Shown in pieces: positions 1 to 8,507 of a DNA stretch of 27,711 bases. Every line of letters starts with the position of its first letter. The first letter of the stretch is position 1. The position numbers and the translations under genes were made by a program. The notes below the pieces were generated by a model that did no database searches, was not told where the DNA came from, and worked only from the letters and a program-made list of their open reading frames with translations. Source of the stretch: an uncultured delta proteobacterium (GTDB taxonomy: Bacteria > Myxococcota > Myxococcia > Myxococcales > Anaeromyxobacteraceae); contig CAWHDZ010000037.1 of NCBI GenBank assembly GCA_963828255.1, positions 1 to 27,711 of the forward strand, in the 5' to 3' direction.

Positions 1-1
1 G

Positions 2-670
2 CTCAACTTCGGGACGCTGGGCGCGCTCATCCGGCTGCGCTCCCCCATCCCGACCCGCGACGCCGTGCTCGACATCGGCGCGGCCGGCCCCATCGCCGGC
101 GCGCTGGTGGCGGTCCCGCTCTACGCCTGGGGCATGGCCCATTCCAAGGTGCACGCGGTGGGGACAATCGCGGCCTCGGGAAGCGACTCGCTCTGGGGCA
201 TGGCCCAGCAGTGGCTCGCCGGGGAGCCGCTCGCCGGCGCGGGCAACGCCGTGGTCTTCGGCGACAGCCTCCTGACCGCGGGGGTGCAATGGCTCGTGCT
301 GGGCCCGCTCCCGCCCGGCCACGACGTGATCGTCCACCCGGTGGCGCTGGCCGCCTGGCTCGGCCTCTTCGTCACCACGCTCAACCTGATCCCGCTCGGC
401 CAGCTGGACGGCGGGCACGTGACCTACGCCTGGCTGGGGGAGCGGCGCGCCCTGTGGCTCTCCCGAGCCGTGTCGGCGGCACTCCTCCTGGCCGGGATCT
501 TCGTCTCCCTCAACTGGTTCGTCTGGTGGCTCCTCACCCGGCTCGTCGTCGGGCTGCGCCACCCGCCGGCCGTGTACGATGCGCCCATCGGACCGGGGCG
601 TCGCGCCGTGGCCGTCCTGTCCCTCCTGCTCTTCGTCGCCACCTTCGTGCCGGTGCCCTTCCGCCTGTGA
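2..670 (+). CDS. Site-2 protease / peptidase M50 family membrane metalloprotease (5'-truncated by window edge)
   Basis: Frame is open from nt 2 (LNFGTLGALIRLRSPIPTRDAVLDIGAAGPIAG). Contains the M50 motif NLIPLGQLDGGH and several hydrophobic helices. The HExxH motif would lie upstream of the window. Confidence 0.9.
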   Translation, partial: LNFGTLGALIRLRSPIPTRDAVLDIGAAGPIAGALVAVPLYAWGMAHSKVHAVGTIAASGSDSLWGMAQQWLAGEPLAGAGNAVVFGDSLLTAGVQWLVLGPLPPGHDVIVHPVALAAWLGLFVTTLNLIPLGQLDGGHVTYAWLGERRALWLSRAVSAALLLAGIFVSLNWFVWWLLTRLVVGLRHPPAVYDAPIGPGRRAVAVLSLLLFVATFVPVPFRL

Positions 671-1052
671 CCGACAGACGCACAGCCCCTCCGCCCCGGC
701 CGCCCCCGACGACGACGCGGCCTGGGCCGGCCTGCGCGCCCGCTGGGACGAGCCGGCGGCCCACCGCGCCTTCCTCGTCGCCTGCGCCGACCTCGAGGCG
801 CTGGCCCGCGCCGGGGCCCGCTACCGCACGGCGCTCCAGGAGAGGCCGGACGACGCGCTCGCCGCCGCCGGGCGCGACGAGGTGCTGCGGAAGGCCACCA
901 TCCTGGGACTGGCCGCCGTGCCGCGGACCGCGCCGCCCGCCCCTGAGTCACCCTGGGTGAAGCGCGGCCTCCTTTCGGTGCTGGCAGTCCTCCTCCTCGG
1001 CGCCGTCACCTGGACCGCACTCGCGTTCCTCCGCAGCGGCGCGGTGCGATGA
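667..1052 (+). CDS. Small hypothetical protein with C-terminal transmembrane helix; start region probably frameshifted
   Basis: Coding-like frame DDDAAWAGLRARWDEPAAHRAFL...WVKRGLLSVLAVLLLGAVTWTALAFLR fills the gap between the protease and helicase. The GTG at 667 overlaps the upstream stop but is out of frame. One extra C in the C-run at 686-689 would join them (about 128 aa). Confidence 0.6.
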
Positions 1053-3039
1053 TGCCGGTCTCGGCCCGGAGCGCCCTCGAGACGGTGCTCGCCCCCGGCG
1101 GCAGCCTGGAGCGGGCCCTGCCCGGATACGAGCCCCGCCCGGACCAGCTCCGCATGGCCGCGGCGGTGGCCGACGCGCTCTCGCGGCGGCGCTACCTCGT
1201 CGCCGAGGCGGGCACCGGCACGGGGAAGACGCTCGCCTACCTGCTCCCGGCGGTGCAGTCGGGGAGGCGGGTGGTCATCTCCACCGCCACCCGCGCGCTG
1301 CAGGAGCAAATCTGGTTCCGCGACATCCCCCTGCTCCGCGACCAGTGCGGGATCGAGATCTCGGCGGCCTACCTCAAGGGGCGCGCCAACTATTACTGCC
1401 TGGCCCGTGGAGAGGAGTTCGAGCGCCACCCCACCTTCCCCACGCGGGAGGAGGCGGCGCTCTGGCCGCGCATCCGGGAGTGGTCGCGCACCACCGCGAC
1501 CGGCGACCGCGCCGAGATCGACCTGCCGGACGCCTACCTGGCCTGGAAGGACCTCTCCGCCACCGGGGAGACCTGCGTCGGCAAGGAGTGCGCGGCCTAC
1601 GAGGACTGCTTCGTCCAGCAGGCCCGGGCCCGCGCCGCCGTCTCCGACGTGGTGCTGGTGAACCACCACCTCTTCTTCGCCGACCTGGCCATGCGGACCT
1701 CCCGGGCCGGCGTGGAGGTGCTGCCGCCCTACGAGGCGGTGATCTTCGACGAGGCCCACGCCATCGAGGACGTGGCCACCGAGTACTTCGGGCTCCAGGT
1801 CTCATCCTACCGCGTCGAGGAGCTCTCCCGCGACGCGCAGCGCGCCGTGGGCGACCGGCCCGACCTGGCCTCCATGCTGAAGCGCACCACCGGCGAGCTC
1901 GCGAAGGCCGGGGAGCGGTTCTTCGGCTCGGTGGCCCGGGCGCTCTCGGCGGCCTCCGGCCGGGCCGAGCCCCCGGGGCGGCCGACGCGCCGAGGAGGAG
2001 AACCTGCGCGGGACCCTCCTGCCGTCCATGCTGGCGCCGCTCGCCGGCGAGCAGGATCGGCTCGACCAGGCGCTCGAGGAGCTGCGCGCCGAGCTCGCCG
2101 ACGACCCGGCACCGGCCCTGCTCCAGATCGCCCGCAGGGCCGCGGAGCTGCGGGTCGAGCTGGCGGCGGTCACCGCCATGAAGGAGCCCTCGCGGGTCTT
2201 CTTCGCCGAGGCCCGCGGCCGCGGCGTCTTCCTGCGGGCCGCCCCCGATCGACGTGGCGGAGGAGATCTCCACCCGGCTCTACCGGAACGTGGACACCGT
2301 GGTCTTCACCAGCGCCACGCTCGCCACGCAGGGGCGCTTCGACTACTTCCGGCGCCAGGTCGGCCTGGGCCCCGACCTCGACGTGGACGAGCGATCGTTC
2401 CCGGGCCCATTCGATTACGCCACCCAGGCCGCGCTGGTGGCCCCCGCGGGGCTGCCCGACCCGAACCAGCCCGGCTTCGTGGCCGCCGCGGCGAAGGCGG
2501 TCCGGGAGCTCACCCAGGTCACCGGCGGGCGCGCCTTCGTGCTCTGCACGTCGGTCCGCAACATGCTCGCCTTCCGGGAGGCCCTCTCCGACCTGCCCTG
2601 GCAGCTGCTCCTCCAGGGGGAGCGCCCCAAGCACCGGCTGCTCGAGGCCTTCCGGGAGCGCCCCTCCGTGCTCTTCGCCACCCAGAGCTTCTGGGAGGGG
2701 GTGGACGTGCCCGGGGCGGCCCTGTCGCTCGTCGTCATCGACCGGCTTCCCTTCGCGCCGCCGGGCGACCCGGTGGTCGCGGCCCGGGTGAAGGCCTTCG
2801 CCGAGGGAGGTGGGGACGCCTTCTCCGCGCTTCAAGTTCCTGCGGCGGCGCTCCAGCTCCGGCAGGGGTTCGGCCGGCTGGTCCGGTCCCGCGCCGACCG
2901 CGGGATCGTCGCCGTGCTCGATCCGCGCCTCACCACCCGGGGCTACGGACGGGCCTTCCTGGCCTCCCTGCCGCCGAGCCCGCTCCTGCGCTCGATCGAC
3001 GAGGCGAGGCGCTGGTGGGACGGCGCGGCGGCCCGCTGA
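1049..3039 (+). CDS. dinG: ATP-dependent DNA helicase, DinG/YoaA (XPD-like Fe-S) family; two frameshifts in this sequence
   Basis: Q motif YEPRPDQ, Walker A EAGTGTGKT, Fe-S cysteines (NYYC, TCVGKEC, EDC), DEAH box, FTSATL, SFWEGVDVPG, QGFGRLVR. Split over ORFs 1049, 2028 and 2254. Removing one C at 1970-1974 and one at 2242-2246 gives a continuous protein of about 662 aa. Confidence 0.9.
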
Positions 3040-3130
3040 CTGACCCGAAATGAGGGGTGGCGGGTGGAACCTCCCCCGTTATTGCGCTAGCTTGCCTGGG
3101 CGGGGAAGGTGCTGGAGGTTCCGGAGGCGA

Positions 3131-3787
3131 ATGGCCCAGTTCAACGAGGATAGCCGCGAGCTCGCGGTGAAAGTCGTCTACTACGGTCCCGCCTTGTCCG
3201 GGAAGACGACCAATTTGCAGGCCCTCTACCAGAAGATGGACCCCAAGGTGCGCGGGCGTCTCATGACCCTCGACACCAAGGACGACCGCACCCTCTTCTT
3301 CGACATGATGCCGGTCTACTTCCGGACCGCGGGCGGGGTGAAGGTCAAGATCAAGCTCTACACCGTGCCGGGCCAGGTGATGCACGAGTCAACGCGCCGC
3401 ATCGTCCTGCAGGGGAGCGACGCGGTGGTCTTCGTGGCCGACAGCCGGAAGTCGGAGGCCGCCTCCACGCTCGCCTACTGGAAGGACATGGTGCGCAACC
3501 TCGAGGCCAACGGGCTCGACCCGCGCGCGCTGCCCATCGTCATCCAGAAGAACAAGATGGACCTCGAGGGGATCCGCGAGGACGCCTTCGCCGACCTCGT
3601 GCGTTCGCCGAACGTGCCGGTGGTGCCGGCCATGGCCATCCAGGGCGAGGGCGTCCTGGAGACGCTCGGGGCGCTGCTCTCCCTCTGCTACCGCGACCTC
3701 GACCGCGCCCTCGGCCTGTCCAAGCGCTTCTCCCTTCCGGAGAAGGAGTTCATCGGCTCGGTCTTCAGCCGCGTGGAATCCAGATGA
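3131..3787 (+). CDS. Small Ras-like GTPase, MglA family (orphan, SofG-like paralogue)
   Basis: KVVYYGPALSGKTTNL (G1), DRTLFFD (intrinsic Arg finger), TVPGQ (G3), NKMD (G4). GGAGG RBS at 3123-3127 precedes ATG 3131. No mglB neighbour. Confidence 0.9.
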   Translation: MAQFNEDSRELAVKVVYYGPALSGKTTNLQALYQKMDPKVRGRLMTLDTKDDRTLFFDMMPVYFRTAGGVKVKIKLYTVPGQVMHESTRRIVLQGSDAVVFVADSRKSEAASTLAYWKDMVRNLEANGLDPRALPIVIQKNKMDLEGIREDAFADLVRSPNVPVVPAMAIQGEGVLETLGALLSLCYRDLDRALGLSKRFSLPEKEFIGSVFSRVESR

Positions 3788-5172
3788 ACGTGCAGCAGTC
3801 CGTCCTGCTCCAGGCGACGCCGCTCGGCGACCTGCTCGACATCCGTTCGTTCACGGAGGTCTGCCACTCCTTCGCCGAGCTCTACCGCATCGGCGTGAAG
3901 GTCTTCGACGACACCGGGAACAAGCTGGTGGACGTGAAGATCGGCAACGCCGACTTCTGCGGCTACCTGTGGCAGTCGCCCGAGGGGCGGACCCAGTGCA
4001 TGGCCACCGTGCAGCGGGTGAAGACCGACCCCGTGCCCGAGGAGCCCATCCCCACCACGGTCCACTGCTTCGCCGGCTGCCGCTACGCGATCCAGCCCGT
4101 GCTCTACGAGGGGGACGTCATCGGCCGGATCGTCTTCGGCCCGTTCGTGCCCGACGACCTGGTGGCGCTCCCGGAGGCCCTGGCCCGCATCTCCCCGGAC
4201 TTCGACGAGAAGCTGGCCGCCTCCTACATGAACAAGATCCGGCGGGTGCCCCAGGCCACCGCCGAGAAGGTTCTCAAGCACTTCGCCGAGATCCTCGACG
4301 TGCTGGTCTTCACCGGGCACAAGAACCTCCTGACCGCACGGCTGCACATCGAGGCGGTGCAGGAGTCCTACCGGGAGGTGCAGGAGAAGAACCGGCAGCT
4401 CGAGGGGGCCTACCAGGCGCTGAAGGAGCTCGACCGGCTCAAGTCGAACTTCCTCGCCACCATGAGCCACGAGCTGCGCACACCGCTCACCAGCGTCATC
4501 GGCTACTCCGAGATGATGCTGGAAGGGCTGGGGGGCCCGCTCACCGCCGAGCAGCGCGAGTACCTCCAGATCATCATGGACAAGGGGGAGAGCCTGCTCG
4601 GGCTCATCACCTCCATCCTCGACATCTCCAAGATCGAGGCCGGCCGCGTGAAGCTGGTGGTCTCCGACGTGGACGTGAACGCCATCATGCGGGACGCCGT
4701 GGCCACGGTGACGCCCCACGCCCGGAAGAAGGGGCTGCGGGTCTCCTGGCAGCCCTCCAAGCTCCCCGCCGTGCAGTGCGACCGGGAGAAGGTCCGCCAG
4801 GCCCTCATCAACCTGGTGACGAACGCCGTGAAGTTCACCCCCTCCGGCGGCTCGGTCTCGGTGGAGGCACGGGCCGACGGCGACGACCGGGTGGCGGTCA
4901 CGGTGACCGACACCGGGATCGGCATCGCGCCCCAGAACCTGGGGCGGGTCTTCGACGTCTTCTTCCAGGTGGACGGCTCCACCACCCGCGAGTTCGGCGG
5001 CGCCGGCCTCGGCCTCGCCATCGTGAAGAGCTACCTGGAGGCCCACGCCGGGACGGTGAAGGTCGCCTCCGCCCCGGGCGAGGGCACCACCTTCACCATC
5101 TCCCTGCCGGTGATGGCGTCCGGGCCTGCCGCGCTCGCCGTCCGGGCCTCCCCGACGGCCGCGGCGGGGTAG
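3784..5172 (+). CDS. Cytoplasmic sensor histidine kinase with N-terminal PocR ligand-binding domain
   Basis: PocR-like N-terminus (FCGYL...TQC...HCFAG...VIGRIVFGPF), H-box FLATMSHELRTPL, N-box NLVTNAVKFT, G1 DTGIGI, G2 GAGLGL. No TM helix. ATGA overlap with the GTPase stop. Confidence 0.9.
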   Translation: MNVQQSVLLQATPLGDLLDIRSFTEVCHSFAELYRIGVKVFDDTGNKLVDVKIGNADFCGYLWQSPEGRTQCMATVQRVKTDPVPEEPIPTTVHCFAGCRYAIQPVLYEGDVIGRIVFGPFVPDDLVALPEALARISPDFDEKLAASYMNKIRRVPQATAEKVLKHFAEILDVLVFTGHKNLLTARLHIEAVQESYREVQEKNRQLEGAYQALKELDRLKSNFLATMSHELRTPLTSVIGYSEMMLEGLGGPLTAEQREYLQIIMDKGESLLGLITSILDISKIEAGRVKLVVSDVDVNAIMRDAVATVTPHARKKGLRVSWQPSKLPAVQCDREKVRQALINLVTNAVKFTPSGGSVSVEARADGDDRVAVTVTDTGIGIAPQNLGRVFDVFFQVDGSTTREFGGAGLGLAIVKSYLEAHAGTVKVASAPGEGTTFTISLPVMASGPAALAVRASPTAAAG

Positions 5173-5187
5173 GCCCTGCCACCCCCG

Positions 5188-6171
5188 GTGAAGCACCCCG
5201 GCGAGTTCGAGCTCATCGAGCGCTTCACCCGGCCGTTCGGGCGCGGCGAGGGGATCCGGGTCGGCATCGGCGACGACGCGGCGGTGCTGCGGCCGCCGCC
5301 GGGCCAGGATCTCGTGGCGACGGTGGACGCCGTGGTCGAGGGCGTCCACTTCACGCACCGTTTCACCCCGGAGGAGATCGGCTGGAAGGCGCTGGCCGTG
5401 AACCTGTCCGACCTGGCCGCCATGGGAGCCCGCCCGCTCTGGGCGCTGGTGGCTCTTTCCACCCCGCCGGCCGCCGACCCGGGGAAGCTCGAGCGGATCG
5501 GCCGGGGCATCGCCGCCTGCGCCCGCCGCCACGCACTCTCGGTGGTGGGCGGCAACGTGACCGCCGCCCGCCAGCTCTCGCTCACGGTGACCGTCCTCGG
5601 GGCGGTCGGGAAGGGGAGGGCGCTCCTGCGCAGCGGCGGACGCCCCGGCGACCTGCTCGTGGTGAGCGGGACGCTCGGCGACGCGGCGCTCGGACTGCTC
5701 CCCGGCGCCGCGCCGGGCCCGCGAGGCCGCCAGCGCCGCCCCCGCCCCCGGCTGGCGCTGGGCCGGGGCGCGGCCGGGATCGCCCGCGCCGCCATCGACG
5801 TCTCCGACGGGCTTCTCCAGGACCTGGGGCACCTCTGCACCGCCTCGGGGGTCGGAGCCCGCCTGGAGGTGGACAGGCTCCCGCTCTCCCCCGCCTACCG
5901 GGCGGCCACCCGGGGACGCCCCGACCCCTTCGAGGGGGCGCTCTCGGGAGGGGAGGACTACGAGCTCCTCCTGGCCGTTCCACCATCCCTGCTCCCGGCG
6001 CTCCGGGGAGCGGCGCGCCGGGCGAGCACCCGGGTGACCGTGGTGGGAGCCCTGGAGGACCGCCCGGGGGTCCGTGTGGTCAAGGGTGGGCGCTCGCTCC
6101 GTCCCCGCCGCGAAGGGCACGACCACCTGCGCGCCGTGCGCGTTCTTGGACCCGGGGGCGGCAGGGCGTAG
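5188..6171 (+). CDS. thiL: Thiamine-monophosphate kinase
   Basis: [60 protein letters not shown]. Confidence 0.95.
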   Translation: MKHPGEFELIERFTRPFGRGEGIRVGIGDDAAVLRPPPGQDLVATVDAVVEGVHFTHRFTPEEIGWKALAVNLSDLAAMGARPLWALVALSTPPAADPGKLERIGRGIAACARRHALSVVGGNVTAARQLSLTVTVLGAVGKGRALLRSGGRPGDLLVVSGTLGDAALGLLPGAAPGPRGRQRRPRPRLALGRGAAGIARAAIDVSDGLLQDLGHLCTASGVGARLEVDRLPLSPAYRAATRGRPDPFEGALSGGEDYELLLAVPPSLLPALRGAARRASTRVTVVGALEDRPGVRVVKGGRSLRPRREGHDHLRAVRVLGPGGGRA

Positions 6172-6174
6172 GAT
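6146..6174 (+). promoter_or_regulatory. Putative sigma70-type promoter for the chemosensory operon, overlapping the thiL 3' end
   Basis: TTGGAC (6146-6151), 17-nt spacer, TAGGAT (6169-6174); followed by AAGGAG (6198-6203) and GTG 6209. Confidence 0.5.
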
Positions 6175-6208
6175 CCCAGCCGTTCCCGCCGCACCCCAAG
6201 GAGAACCC

Positions 6209-7609
6209 GTGTCGAGGAGCCTGCGCCAGGACCGTCCGTCGAGCCGCCCCACGGCGAACGGCCAGGACACGCCGCCCCACATGGTGGCCCTCCGCGGCCG
6301 CTCACCCGACCGCGACCTGCGGGCGCCCGCGCCGCCACCGGGGCGCAGCGTGTCGCTGCAGACGAAGCTCCTCCTCTCCTACCTCATCCTGGGCGCCTTC
6401 CTCCTCATGGCCATCCCCGTCGTGCAGGAGCGGCTCCTGCCCGGCCGGACCGTCGTCGCCGACGCGTTGCTGCTCGCGCTCACGCTGGTGGCCGGCTACG
6501 CGCTCTCCATCGCCGTCCTCCGGGTGAACCGGCTGGCCCGGCTCAAGTTCTCGGCCGTCGAGATCAGCGGCGGCGACCTCTCCAAGGTGGTCGTCTCCGA
6601 GGAGCGGCGCGGCTTCCACGACGAGGTGGACGGGCTCACCGAGTCGATCCGCACCATGCAGGAGAACCTGCGCGACCTGGTCTCCCGCATCCAGCGCACG
6701 GCGCAGTCGGTGGCCGAGAGCGCCAACGAGCTCCAGACCTCCGCCGAGGAGGTGAACGCCTCCACCGACGAGGTGGCCGGCTCCATGGCCAAGATCGCCC
6801 AGGGCGCCGAGGAGCAGTCCGGGCTCGTGGAGCGGACCTCCAAGGTCATCGGCGACATCGCCGCGTCCATCGAGCGCACCGCACGGAGCGCCGAGGAGGC
6901 GGCCAAGGCCAGCGCCGACACCTCCTCCGGCGCCACCCAGTCCGGCGAGGCGGCGCGGCTGGCCGCGGCCAAGGTGAAGAAGGTCTTCGCCCGCATCGAG
7001 GCGGCCAGCGAGCAGGTCTTCGCCTTCGGCGAGCGGACCCGCGAGATCACCCAGATCGTCGAGGTCATCACCAGCATCTCCCAGCAGACCAACCTCCTCG
7101 CGCTGAACGCCACCATCGAGGCCGCCCGGGCCGGGGAGTACGGGCGCGGCTTCGCTGTGGTGGCCGAGGAGGTGCGCAAGCTGGCCGAGAGCTCGGGACG
7201 CTCCGCCGAGCAGATCTCGGCGGTGGCCGCCGACGTCTCGGCGCGCGCCTCGGGCGTCGTCCAGGCCATGCGGGCCTCGGTGGACGAGCTGGGCGAGGGG
7301 CGCGAGGACCTGAACGCCATCATGCGCTCCCTCGACGGCATCGCCGGCGCGGCCGCGGCCGGGGCCGACAAGGTGCGGGTCATCTCGGAGGCGGCCCGCG
7401 ACCAGCTGCAGGGCTCGGCCGACATGGTGCGCGCCATGGACGACATCTCCGACGTGGCCACCGGCAACGCCACCGCCACCGAGGAGGTGCGCAAGGTGAT
7501 CGTCGAGCAGACGGCCTCGGTCTCGCAGATGGCCAGCGCCGCGCAGGAGCTCCTCAACCTCTCCCTCGAGCTCCAGAGCGTCGTGTCACGCTTCCGCCTC
7601 GACCGGTAG
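6209..7609 (+). CDS. difA: Methyl-accepting chemotaxis protein, DifA-like (2 TM helices, tiny periplasmic loop, HAMP, signalling domain)
   Basis: TM1 [20 protein letters not shown], about 10-aa loop, TM2 [27 protein letters not shown] (GDLS...DEV), hairpin tip [35 protein letters not shown]. Start chosen by RBS; 6281 or 6350 are alternatives. Confidence 0.9.
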   Translation: MSRSLRQDRPSSRPTANGQDTPPHMVALRGRSPDRDLRAPAPPPGRSVSLQTKLLLSYLILGAFLLMAIPVVQERLLPGRTVVADALLLALTLVAGYALSIAVLRVNRLARLKFSAVEISGGDLSKVVVSEERRGFHDEVDGLTESIRTMQENLRDLVSRIQRTAQSVAESANELQTSAEEVNASTDEVAGSMAKIAQGAEEQSGLVERTSKVIGDIAASIERTARSAEEAAKASADTSSGATQSGEAARLAAAKVKKVFARIEAASEQVFAFGERTREITQIVEVITSISQQTNLLALNATIEAARAGEYGRGFAVVAEEVRKLAESSGRSAEQISAVAADVSARASGVVQAMRASVDELGEGREDLNAIMRSLDGIAGAAAAGADKVRVISEAARDQLQGSADMVRAMDDISDVATGNATATEEVRKVIVEQTASVSQMASAAQELLNLSLELQSVVSRFRLDR

Positions 7610-7613
7610 CCCC

Positions 7614-8063
7614 GTGGAGAGGGATCCCCGCCACGTGCTCTTCCGCGCCGGGGGCGAGCGGTTCGCCCTGCCGCTCGCCTCGGTCGCCGTGGTGGTCCCT
7701 CCCGACCCGCCCTTCGCCCACGTGCCCGGCACCGCGCCGCCGGTCCTCGGCGCCATGGGGCTGCGGGGGAGGGTGGTGGCGGTGGTGGAGATGGCGCCCC
7801 TGCTCGGCCTGCCGGGCGGGAGGCTCGCGCAGGGTGGGGGTCAGGTGCTGGTGCTCGAGCGGGAGCGGCGCGCGCTGGGGTTCCTCGTGGACGCGGTGAT
7901 GGGGGTCGAGCCGATCGAGCCGCCCGCCACCCCCGGCGACGGACTTCCGGTGAAGGGGCTCTCGGTGGTGCGCGGCTCCCCGGTGGCCATCCTCGACCCG
8001 GACGCCCTGGCGGCGGCGGCCGGACGGCTCTTCCGGGGGCGTGCCGGCCAGCGCGCGCCATGA
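7614..8063 (+). CDS. cheW: CheW coupling protein (DifC-like)
   Basis: FRAGGERFALPLASV, VPGTAPPVLGAMGLRGRVVAVV, GFLVDAV. Confidence 0.9.
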   Translation: MERDPRHVLFRAGGERFALPLASVAVVVPPDPPFAHVPGTAPPVLGAMGLRGRVVAVVEMAPLLGLPGGRLAQGGGQVLVLERERRALGFLVDAVMGVEPIEPPATPGDGLPVKGLSVVRGSPVAILDPDALAAAAGRLFRGRAGQRAP

Positions 8064-8115
8064 TACCTTGACCCTTCCCCTTCTCGACGCTCCCGGAAGG
8101 GAGCCAGGTCCGCGA

Positions 8116-8484
8116 ATGCCGAAGAAAGTCCTCATCGTCGACGACGCGGTCTTCATGCGGAACATGATCCGCGACATCTTCACGAGCGGCGGCTTCCAGG
8201 TGGTGGGCGAGGCCGCCAACGGCCTCGAGGCGGTGGAGAAGTTTCGCGAGCTCCGCCCCGACCTGACCACCATGGACATCGTGATGCCCTTCAAGAGCGG
8301 AATCGAGGCCACCCGCGAGATCGTCAAGGTCGATCCCCGGGCGGTGGTGATCATGTGCAGCGCGCTCGGGCAGGAGGCCCTGGTGATGGAAGCCATCGAG
8401 GCCGGCGCCAGCGACTTCATCGTCAAGCCGTTCAAGTCCGAGGACGTGATCGCGGTGGTGAAGAAGGTCCTGGGCGACGGCTGA
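8116..8484 (+). CDS. cheY: Single-domain response regulator CheY (DifD-like), 122 aa
   Basis: KVLIVDDAVFMR, phospho-acceptor in TMDIVMP, CSALGQ, DFIVKPF. Confidence 0.95.
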   Translation: MPKKVLIVDDAVFMRNMIRDIFTSGGFQVVGEAANGLEAVEKFRELRPDLTTMDIVMPFKSGIEATREIVKVDPRAVVIMCSALGQEALVMEAIEAGASDFIVKPFKSEDVIAVVKKVLGDG

Positions 8485-8507
8485 CCGGTCGGGCGGTGTG
8501 ACCCAAG

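Noticed and set aside
1960..2260. Programmed ribosomal frameshifting in dinG
   Set aside because: It would need two successive +1 shifts at short C runs with no recognisable slippery or stimulatory signal. Homopolymer sequencing error is simpler.
1049..3039. DinG as part of a type IV CRISPR-Cas or other defence system
   Set aside because: No cas genes, repeat-spacer array or defence neighbours. The context and Fe-S motif fit a housekeeping DinG/YoaA.
3040..3130. ncRNA, terminator or sigma54 promoter in the dinG-GTPase gap
   Set aside because: Only weak pairing, no U-tract and no convincing -24/-12 consensus. A TGGAAC-N17-TAGCTT promoter-like motif (3065-3093) is possible but too weak to call.
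5173..5187. TPP riboswitch upstream of thiL
   Set aside because: Only 15 nt of intergenic sequence and no CTGAGA core.
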